64,000 nucleotides of DNA from Diplonema japonicum (Eukaryota; Protista; Euglenozoa: Diplonemea). The DNA is taken from assembly GCA_964019335.1 (NCBI GenBank), contig OZ025665.1, forward strand, positions 310,001 to 374,000, written 5' to 3'. Shown in pieces: positions 10,581 through 21,026 of the stretch (positions within the stretch are counted from its first letter, which is position 1; every line of letters starts with the position of its first letter). Made by a program: the position numbers and the translations under genes. Under the pieces are notes generated by a model. The model was not told the origin of the DNA. It searched no databases and saw only the letters and a list, made by a program, of their open reading frames with translations.

Positions 10581-11177
10581 TGAACTAAAATTGCGGTAAT
10601 ACCACCCCCCCTCCCCGGCTGGGGTATTTTGTTTTTGTCTTGGGATTTTTTATTTTTAGGGATATTTTCTGAGATTCTTTTTATTTTTGTAATTTTTATG
10701 TTCTGTTTTAATGGTGTTCTGTAAATATTTGTACCCTTTTCGAATTTTTTTGCCCAATTTGGGACTTTTCACATAACAATATAAGTACAAATCCGGTATT
10801 TACTGCCAACAAGTAATGACTTTACCGTTACCTCGAGGTTCCGCATTTTACCGTCGAGGCCCCACTGGGAACCGAACCGAGGCAAAAATTGGCCTACCGA
10901 GGCATATTATTTAACGGAAACCCCCTATTACTTCACGGAAAACAGGCCATTATTTCACCATGAAGTAATGAGATTTAGCGTGAAGTAACGGGCCCCCCAG
11001 TGCGTGAAGTAATTTCTGAAGAGTGAAATAAAAATAAAAAAAAACCGGGGAAAGGGTAAAAAAAAGGGTAATAAGAAAGTGTCTGTGTTCGCAAAACAAA
11101 AAAAAAACAAAAAAAAAAAAAAAAAGGGGGCTCTGGCGTGAGCACTAACAAGAAAAAAGAAGAAAAAAAAAAAACTA

Positions 11178-14100
11178 TTATTGGACAAGGCAAGTACGCG
11201 AGACGACCTGTATTCATGTTGTTTGTTGTTGTTATTCAGTACCTTCTTGTCGTCATTCCGGAGCAGCTGCTTTGCTGTAGTACCAGACTTGGCGGAAGGA
11301 GACAGAAGTCTGGCGGGGACGTTACCATGGCCTCCCATCATACGAGTTCTCTGTTAAGGAAAAATGGAAAAATAATACAGCAAAAGAAGTCAAAAATATA
11401 CCTGCGCCTCCCACGCCCTCTGCAACTCTGCCTCTCGCTGGAACTCTAAAGCCTCTAAGATCATATTATGCCCCAATGTGCATCTCCCCGCCATCTGCAG
11501 CATCATAACTTGCAGCTGTGGCTTATAATACTTTACATGCACAGGCAGCCCCGAGGCATCTAGCATCCCTTGCTCGTGGATCACTCCAGTGGGGTCCTTC
11601 GCCAGAAGTAGCAATATTGTGCTCAGCAAGCTCGCTGTTAAGGATTGCACCTCCTTTTCTTGCAAGAACATGGGCACCCCTTCCTCGTCCCTGTTCAAAA
11701 AGAACTCTCTCAACCCGTGTAGATCCTCCACCAGCTTCTGAAAAAACTCAAACTTCGACCCATGCTTCACCATCTTCCCGCGCATTAGCTTGTCGGCGAT
11801 CAAAGCTGACAGCTCTCCCAGGGTGAAAGACAGGAGCTGCACCCTGTGCGGGGGGACCAAGTATTCGATAAGTGTCGTGAGAGAGTGTTCCAAACAATCA
11901 AGTAACTGGCTCATCCCCCCTTCCTCAGTGGTGTACAGCTTGCTAGTTACGGGTTGAAGGTCGAAGAGCGCGATTTTAACAGCAATGAACTTCAGCAGAG
12001 AGGACACATTCTCCTCAGCACGCGATGCCTGTTGGCGTGCATTCAGAAAAAGAAGGGGGGGGAAAAAAATATACCGAGAGGGCATCGAACATGCCATTCG
12101 GCGCCAAAGGGCTCCTGGGGCTCCTAATGGGTGGCGACATGGGAGACAGTACTTTAAACGACTGCCGTGGTGCGTTGTCACCGTTTTCAATGAGCTTCCA
12201 CGTCACAAGGTGGTACGAGCTGATGGTCTTCGTGTAGATGTCTTTCATCCTCAGCTGGCAAAAGTAGATGTCGTTAGCACGTAACTGGTATTTAGTTCAA
12301 AAAACACAGGCGAAAACTATGACATACCGAGAGCTCCCGCGCGTTCGCCGTCTTGAACAGCGTGGCTTGCTTTGCACGGACCAACCTGAAGTCCGTTCGC
12401 TTGGTATTCCACTCCCCTATATGGACAGCAGCCGTGAGCAGGGAACCGTACTTGCAAAAGGCTCTGTTGAGCACGGCTTTGCATTCTTCCTCGAATTTCC
12501 CGATAAGGTTCTCGCAGTGCGTGCTGAAGTGCTGGCATATATTCTCGTCTGTGAGCCTGCCCGGCGCTACTGGATTGGTGTGGATTGCAACACGCGAGGC
12601 CTTTAGAGCATCCCATGCATTTTCAATGCCGTGTACCACTAGTACTGCTATCCTGTTTGTCATCAGTGTCAGGTCCACGGCACTGGACGAGATCCCTGCC
12701 TCTTGAGATGTTCCCACAGGGTCAAAGGTGTCGACACTCACGACCTTCTGGACATGAATGTCGAGTGCTGTCTCAACTACATGCTTCCAGTTCTTCAGTA
12801 GTTTTGCTTGCAGCGGGTTCAGTACCTCGTTGGTTTTCTCGATGATGCCTGTCGTTTCCTCGTTGCCGTCCCATGTGATGACGGGCTCGGGCATCGACGT
12901 CCCTCGTTTGCACGTAGCGAACGACCCGGTGGACTCTGCATGGTGGAGCACAGACGTGTTGATAGTGGGCATCGTGGAGGAGGGGTTGAAGGGTGGCAAG
13001 TCGCTTTTTTTCTTCGGGAGCAGCTGTGACCATGTTTTGGTCTTCTGCGGTATCGGCTTCTCGAAGGACGTTGTCTTCTTTGAACTCTCCTTGAAATGCA
13101 CGAGGTAAGTGTGTATGTTCGCCTGCAATAGCTCCAGCATCAGCATCGTGTACACAAGGCTTGTGACAAACATAGAAAGGGATACGATGTCGTCCAACAG
13201 CACGATGTTTGTTGATGACCTGTTGACATCGTTGTGGCACCTTGAGGCACGCCCTTCGCAGTTCACTGGGATGGAAGGTGAAGTCGACCTCTTCGGCGGT
13301 GGCGGTGACTTCATGTCCTCGGGATAGTTCTTCAGCTTAGGGGAGCTACTTGGAGTGGAGTCAGAGTTTCCTTCCGCAAGCGTAATGGCAGATACCATGC
13401 GTGTGTCTGTGTCGGAGATAGGGCTGCTGGTGTGAGGTGTCACCGGCCGATTGATTGACCTACCAGGTCCATAAGGCGAAGGCAACGGAAGAGGGAGAGG
13501 TAAGGGCAACGACAGAGTGGGAGATGCGGACGGAATTTGCAAAGATTCCAGCGCCTCGGACATATCTTCGGCTAGAAGGTTGCAATACATATTAAGCACG
13601 ACGGAGACGGCTGACGGCAGGACGCATACTAAAGAACTAGAGTAGTACTTCACATCAGCATGAATCTCGAGCAACAGCACCTCCAAGAGATGCCGCACTT
13701 GTGTCATCGATAGACGCAGCTGTGTGTTGATCTGCTCAAGGGTGAAAACAGAATTTGTTTTGCAGAAACTCTGCGTCGGTGCCAGTCTCGCAGCCCCCAC
13801 ACGTGCGGAGGTGCCTACTGCTGCAGACAGCGACGACAGGCTCTGGTTCGGAATTGCAACGCTGCCTTTTCGCCGCGGCGCTGTACCGACGGCGGTGGTG
13901 CTCAACTGATTCATCCACACATCATACGGCTTCGATGAAGCATTGAGGCCGTCCTTCCTGGAAGTTACCACCTTGTACTTGACACGTATAAAGTGCTTCA
14001 TCGTCGAGCATATAACAAGGCATACCAGCCCACAGTACGTGTCCAATGTGTACCCCATGGACACAGCCTCCTCAACACCGCCACTTTCCATCACCTCACG

Positions 14101-15930
14101 CACTTGCCGTGCTAAGTCTTCTCCAAACGACTTACTGATGTCGCCCAAGCATGCGTTCAGCTTCTTTTCTTGCTCCGAACAGGACTCGCTTTCCCGATCG
14201 GTAATATTCTCCTGCACCATTGTGATGCTATCGGGGTTCTCCGTTCCATCAGACGAGTCTTCGTAGCTGTTGCTGTTGAACTGCAAGATGATGGCGTACA
14301 GTTTTGCGATGAACAGCAGGTCCTCGGGTGCCTCTGCAAGCTCCGCGTGGTAGTCGGCAAGTTTTGCGGTGAAGTCGTCTTTCATGTTTTTAAGAACTTG
14401 CTTTCTGCAAAGCTGCTCGTCAGCGTCTAGCGAACTGTTCTGCACTGTGCAGTAGGACTTGAATCCCGGGTAGTAGTAGCAGTCGATGCTCAACAGGCTG
14501 AACATGTCGGCAACGTCAAGCGTACCTTCGCTGTTTTCCGTGAAGACGACGTGCACGAAGCACGAAGCGTGCAAGAACCCAGTCACGTTGAAAGTCCTTC
14601 TGAAGGAGCTCAGCACGTCCACTACGTCCTTCATCCGGGTTTCCTGCCTGCGCGACCGGTGTACACCTTTCCGCCACTGCGCTTTGCTGACCCCGTTCTG
14701 CACCTCGTTGTCCAGCTCGTCGTTATCAACAAAGAACGTGTGGAACAAGGTAGCGTACACCATCACATTGAGGGGGTGCGTGTATCCAAGAAGCGAAGCT
14801 GTTGGGTTAGAGGGAGCGGGAAACCCTGCTCCTTGCGGCGTGCTCGCAGGCTTTGAATTATGCCCCTGTTTGCTCTCTTCCTCTTCCTCCTGATCACCAG
14901 ACACATTAAGAACTGACAGAGCGGAACCGCTCCTACACGATGCTATCGGCAGCACGGAATTTGCCTGCTCGCTTTCGGTCATGACAAGGTCATCGGTGGT
15001 GCTCGGCCCGTTGAACGTGAATGACGATTCATCAGGCGTGCGAGGGAGGATCTCCACAGCTGGTTCATCAGAAGCTTCTTTTTCCACCTCGACCATGGGT
15101 TCTTCTTTCTCTTTCTTCTTTTCCTCGCTTTCAGGCGCGCCGGTGACAAACGGGTACTGTGTGTACCGCACCACCATACCGGCTATCAAGGCACGCACGG
15201 CCTCACCATGCTCCGTCGTAGGCGACGTGCTGAAGAGGACCAACCTGCTTTTCATCTTCCGCACATCGTAAGAAAGTTGTGCGTGCAGCTTGGTTATGAA
15301 GGACTGTTCGACGTGGTCTGTGTTCTGGCCGAGCTTTTTAATTGCAAATTGTGTGGCGCAAGCAAAGATGGCAAGGTGACGCAGCTCGGCTTTGGGAGTG
15401 GCCTCGAAAGAAGACGGCCGTCCCACACTGAGAAGGATGAGCGTCTCGATCATATACAGCCGGAAGACAATGCTCTCTTGAGGAACCTTGCTTTGAACAC
15501 GCTCGAGCGTTTTATAGTAGATGTTGGAGAAGGTGTGATGAAGCTCTTCTGAGATATTGAGCCTCTTTCGGAGGCCGTGGATGGCACGGAGAGTTGAGTC
15601 GTTTGGGGTGAGGAGAGATGTGCTGTTGGCGATGAGGAGGCATTCGTATGCAGTGTGTTGCAGGTACTCGCTGCTTAAAAGGTACTCATCTTCGTCAATT
15701 GCTTCGCTTAAGCCGAGTATGCTCTCGCCAAGTGACGAGACTGACCGAGTGAACTTTTTCTTGTCCCTCGGACTGTCGCCGCCTCCAACGTCCCTTGCTG
15801 TGATGAACGACTTGCTTCGTGATCCGTAGCTCTTCCGTACGAGTTCATCGTTTACAAAGCTGCGCGCCTTGTCTTCTTCTAAGGGGGCCGCGAGATCCTC
15901 GAAGTCATGTGCAGTAGCTTTTGAAGACAT
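11178..15930 (-). CDS. Munc13-homology / PATROL1 (DUF810)-like protein; introns 12285-12327, 12029-12074, 11351-11401, 11208-11242
   Basis: YTHPLNVMVY, LHASCFVHVVF and D.FDPV..ISSSAVDL resemble DUF810/MHD1; four GT-AG introns join the ORF pieces in frame. Confidence 0.7.
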
Positions 15931-16067
15931 TCTACCCTCGCCGACCAGGGTGTGGTGCCATGCTTCGTGTTCCTGTGTTCGTGCGCCAGTGTTTAGAGAA
16001 TGGCAGTGCAGACGACTAAAAAGATATACAACGAAATAATAAAAAGAAGGGTGGTGGTTGAACATGT

Positions 16068-16110
<43 letters not shown>

Positions 16111-16231
16111 AGAAAGAAAAAAAAAAAAAAAAAACAAAGAGATTCACTATGAACGGGGGGGAGAAGTAAACAACTCACCAACGTAAATATAAAGATAAAA
16201 AAAGAAGAAGAAGAAGAAGAACAAAAAAAGG

Positions 16232-16271
16232 TGTCTTTGAAGGGAACCTGCAGTATGTGACAGGATCGCCT
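16232..16271. repeat. 40-nt intergenic hairpin element, copy 1
   Basis: TGTCTTTGAAGGGAACCTGCAGTATGTGACAGGATCGCCT, identical to 57098-57137. Confidence 0.9.
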
Positions 16272-16516
16272 AAAAAAAAAAAAAAAGGAGAAAATTCATA
16301 GATTCGGTTGTACAGGGGGAAGAAAAAAAAAAAGAGAAACAAAAAAAGAGACCACGTTGGATTTTTGTCTCATTGAAAGTCATATTTATTTTCCTCTTTC
16401 TCTTTTTTTAAAAAAAGATTCAGCGGGTCTGCCAGAGAGGGACGTGTCCGGAGAGAAGGTAGCTTTCGACGCTTGTCGAAGACACCATAATGTCTAAGTC
16501 TAATACAATCACGTTC

Positions 16517-16555
<39 letters not shown>

Positions 16556-16638
16556 CCTTTTTCCTTTTTTTTTTTCTACACAAAAGAAAGAGTACACAAT
16601 TACGCTACTACTGCTACGATACACATCACATGACTGAT

Positions 16639-19121
16639 TCACTGTCCGGAAAGGCTGGCGATCAGCGCAAGGAGTTTCCTCTTCGGCCCGATGGGGATGC
16701 CCATGGCGACGAGGTCAGATTCCCGCAGCAGATGCACGCTTTCCATATCCACTTCGTGCTCCTTGAACACTGGGACATACTTCCCCATGCCCGACTGCTC
16801 GAGCCACTCATCAAGCTTTTTTGACAAATGCGTTTCGCTAAACATAGGTGCCGCCATTGCCCTTAATGGCTCCCTCGCCGCCTCGAGTGTCTCGGGCTTC
16901 GTCTCCTTCTTCGCAACTCTAAGGCCAGGCGGCGGCGGCGGTGAAAACGATTCCGACTCCACCTGCTGCCGTTCTTGCTTCCGCATGGGCGACGGCGATG
17001 TGCATGACATGCACGCGTCGGCTTGCTGTGAGTTGCAAGTATTAAAAATATGAAAAGGTTCATACCTCTGACAACTCGGCCAACGTAGCACTATCCTTGT
17101 TCTTGTTCTGCAGGTAGTCCAAAATAGCTGTGATCCAGGACCTCAGCACATTCACTGCCAAATACGGTGTTGCTACATTCCCTGTGGGATGGTGGTGGTG
17201 GAGGTGGTGGTGGCATCGATGTGGCATACCCATGTGCGGACGGAGCTTGTTGATGTGCGACACGATGTCACTTGAAAGACTCTTATCATCCAGCTTCCTG
17301 TTGCAAGGGGTGGCAGGGCAACGTTCGTTAACATACTTGAGCGCTTCGAGCACCTCCTGAGGCTGGTTCTGCAGAGCTGTGATGCCGACTGACCAGAAGT
17401 CAACTGTCCCATCGGAGGGCGTCTCACCACCAAGCCCGGTGACAACTGTGATAATGGTGACAAGCAACTGAGGAGACATACCAGTAATCCCTTCCACTGT
17501 AGCTTGCACGGAATGCGACAGATGGTTATCCGAAGGAGCATGCGTGGCTAGCAGGGCGAAGTCCCTTGATGTGAGCGTCCTGATGTCAATAAGCGCTTTC
17601 AGCAGTGCGTCTTCGAAGTTCGGGATGCTTGCCTGCTCAGCGGGGACGACAAGTTCGACCTTTTCCTTCTGCTTAACGACAGTGTTCTTTTCTTTCTCCT
17701 TTTTGCTAGTCTGCCTTCCCGCTCTGGGTGTCGTGGGGGCTGCCGACGAAGACCTTGCCCGAGCTGACGCGCTCCTTTGTCTTGAGCCCATTGTTGAAAG
17801 CCTCCCTCTTGAAGAGGCGCGGGGTGCTCGTGGTGTGGTGGTCTTCATTGGTGTCGTGAAGAGTTGTCTCTTTGAGGTTTGTTCCTCAGACTCCCGCTCC
17901 TCCTCACAGATGGGCTTCCCGAGCTCTATCCATTTATCGCTGAAGCACGATACCCAGTTAGCCAAAGCTAGCGCGGCGGGAGATGCTTGTGCCAACTGGC
18001 TGACGTTGGTAGATGTCTCCTGGATAACGTCCAGGTTCTGTGCTGCAAGGGGCGATGTTTCCCAAGCGTCGCACTCGGAAAGTAGTTGGCACAGGGCAGG
18101 CGGCTTGCTGAGCAGCAACCTGAGCCCAGCCCAGAAACCCCCCAGCGAGGCTCTTTTCGATCTGAATGCCTCGGGTGCAGAGTTCACGAGTAACGAACCT
18201 AAAGCCAGGCAGTAGGTTGCAAAGCAGGGAGGGCAGTTGAAAAAACTCGCTAGCCTCTGGAAGTCGCTAGGAGTGACACGCTTGACGGTCCGTGTCGCCA
18301 GGTTACACTTCTGCAATACTTTGTCGAGTGATTCGTTTTTTTTCGAATCGTCCGCGCCAATCTTGAGCGCCGATTGGTGCTCTTCGTTGCGCTCTGCCAT
18401 CAGCTTCATCTTGTCGAAGTCTTCAGTTTGCCGCTGCTTCCTTGCTTCTAGTTCTTCGAGTTGTTTTGTGTGCTGCTCGTAGTCCTCGGGGGCTTCTTGT
18501 GACTTGTCGTAAGGGTCTGGACGCACCATGCCGTCGACCAGGAGGGGCTCGTCGCCCTGTTTGGTCTGGCTGCGCACCCTGACGGGCGAAGAGCTGCCGT
18601 TGCGTAGCTTGCGTTGTGGTGATAGCTGCGAGTGCATGTTGATGTAATGTAGCTGTAGCATACCCAAGCTTCGTCTTTTGCCTTCGTGCCTTCACTCCTA
18701 CTCGAGCACTGAAAATCGTACAGCTTTTTGATGCAGTCCGCAATGGCCAGAACGGACTGCGGTAGGCTTATAGAAATGAACTCGTCCTTGTGTGTCTTGA
18801 ATGGTGTCCACGACATACCTGTGCTACGATCTCACCCAGCTTGCACAGTGTCGAGAAGGGCAGCTCGATCTCCTCCAGTTCGGCCAACCTTTTAATCAAA
18901 ATTGATGACTCAAGGAACTGCTTAGCCACAATGGCTGCTGTCTCGTCCGGGTAGGGGACCTCCGTCCTTGTCAGCAGGCACACAGCCTTCACCACACGCA
19001 GCATGGGGTACGGCATGCTCTCAACATCTTTCAAATATTCCCCCAAGTCGGCTACTACACTCTGCTGCCTTGCGATTACCTTAGCGGCGGCATGCCGGTA
19101 CACCTCGATGCTATGCGACAT
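16639..19121 (-). CDS. Protein with dynein-stalk-like repeats and C-terminal SAM domain; introns 18787-18818, 18626-18663, 17026-17065
   Basis: SAM motif WLEQSGMGKY...FKEHEVDMESVHLL.ESDLVAMGIPIGPKRKLL; in-frame splicing of ORFs 18768..19121, 18448..18816, 17060..18667, 16639..17091. Confidence 0.75.
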
Positions 19122-19309
19122 CTCCTGAAGAGGTGGGTGAGCAAGAAGGTGGGCAGAATCAAAATCAATTAACTTATCAAAATGTTATCACAAGGGCTTC
19201 CGGAAGAAAAGCCTTAAATTCTGAAATCAGAGGTGTCTCAGTTCTCGGGTTTCTCCGCAACAGCGATTCTTTCGGAAAAAAAGGATGGAGAAGCACTGAA
19301 CATAGCGTT

Positions 19310-20285
19310 CTAACCTCCCCAACTGGCGGTCGCAGCAGCACTGTGCGGCCGTGTCTGCGTGAAATGGTACGCCCCTGTTCGTTTGCAAACCTGCATGTGT
19401 GAGTAAACACCGCAACAAAACACTGTAATAACCGCTTTTGCATACCTCGGCACCGAACAAAGGGAGCCCGCATTGCAGGCAAAGTGCAGAAGGAGGGGCG
19501 TAGGTGGGTGTGGGTGTGTGTCGTGGCCGGTGTACAGGTGCTGTAAGTGGCCGTTTAGGTTTTGTTTTTACAGGGATGTCAGTTTGAGGGGGAGTGGGTG
19601 CAAGGAGAAGAGAAGCAGTAACAGCGGCGCCCTTCATCGGGGAAGGAGAGGGAGCCCATTCCCGTGGCGTGTTCTGCACGTTGATGGCTATCGGGGACAT
19701 CGCACTCGCGCTACTGCATTTCTTCATTTGCTTCATGTCGATGGCAGGTGAGCACATCATGTTCAACCGTGAAGGGGGCGGCGGGAGGTCACACCCTGCT
19801 GCTAGCCGCAGCTTCCTCCACCCCATTGTGCAGTACAAGGGGACGCCGAACTGGCCGTCTTTCAGTCGCTGGGTTGCCTCTTCGGTTGTGTGGTTTGCCC
19901 ATTTTTCGAAACTGGTGAAAATGGCAGATTCTTTTGTTTTTTCCGGTTTTTTCGTGGTGAAGTTGACGTGTGTTGGCTTCTCTGACGAGGACATGCTCCC
20001 TCTGGACATTCTGGAAGGTCTACTAAATTTATTGATGAGGTTCGTCCTGTCTATGTCAGGGGGCTTCCATTTTCTAAGAGCGGGTTTAATTTTAACACCC
20101 TTGCTGGTGACGATCTCTGTCGGCGGAATCACAGTGAATGTATCCACCATCTCCGTGCATAGCCTTGCTCTCTTCTCCCCTTTGGGTGACGAGACAGAGA
20201 TGACGAAGAGCTCATTGGATGAATTGGATGACGCGCGTGAACCGGACGCGCGTGAACCAAACGCACCAAAGTCGACTGTAGGCAT
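19310..20285 (-). CDS. Hypothetical protein with C-terminal CxxC...CxxTGxxH motif; intron 19391-19445
   Basis: ORF from MPTVDF; splicing gives CLQCGLPLFGAEVCKRTGAYH...WGG*. Confidence 0.65.
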
Positions 20286-20590
20286 TTTTCTTTCTTCCCC
20301 GTCTCCCCTCCTTTTCTTTTCTAAACTAGAATAAGAAGAGAGAAAAAAAAAGAAAAAAAAAAGAGGAAACCAAAATAAAAGGGGGGGACAAGCTGTAGAC
20401 CGCAATCATCAAGAGTCATTATCCGAGGCAACAAGCTGTCGAGAGGGGTGGCAAAGCTGGTGTCGAAGGTGGAACGCGGAGTTCTCAAAAGCCTTCCCCC
20501 CCAAACCCCACAGCCTTAACCAATCGGCCTATTACCGGTCTGCACGACTTTTGGGCACTATGACATGACTTCTGGCGACTGCGATGTTTG

Positions 20591-20629
<39 letters not shown>

Positions 20630-21026
20630 AAACAAACAAACGAATAACAACAGGCGTACATCTAAAGGCGTGCTAGGTTCTGGGTTGGGGGGGGGGGGGG
20701 GGGGGGAGTAGGTGTTTTAACTTTTTAAATATCATTGATGTGCGCCACAACACGTACAGGGGAGGACGCAGCGAGAAAGGCAATCAACAATAATTCCTAT
20801 TTGTCCTCATACAACCCGTTTCACGAACTTGTGACAGGTGAGGATAATTCAAAACAACGGGGGGGGGGGGGGGGACTCGGCTCGTAATAGTAATCTAACC
20901 TAGCATCTGACATCTACAAGGGGATGGGAGGGTCCAAAAAAAAAAAAAGAAACAAAAAAAAGAGTAAATTATAACATAAAAAAAATAACATTTCTTCTCC
21001 ATTTTTTTCTTTCTTTTATTCATCTC

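Larger units (their letters stand above)
9350..10796 (+). mobile_element. DNA transposon with TIRs and TA target-site duplication (IS630-Tc1-mariner superfamily, pogo/Tc2-like), degenerate
   Basis: TA|CCGGATTTGTATTTATATTGTT ... AACAATATAAGTACAAATCCGG|TA (22-bp TIR, 1 mismatch); internal + strand ORF remnants resemble a DDE_1 C-terminus plus Cys-rich finger. Confidence 0.8.
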
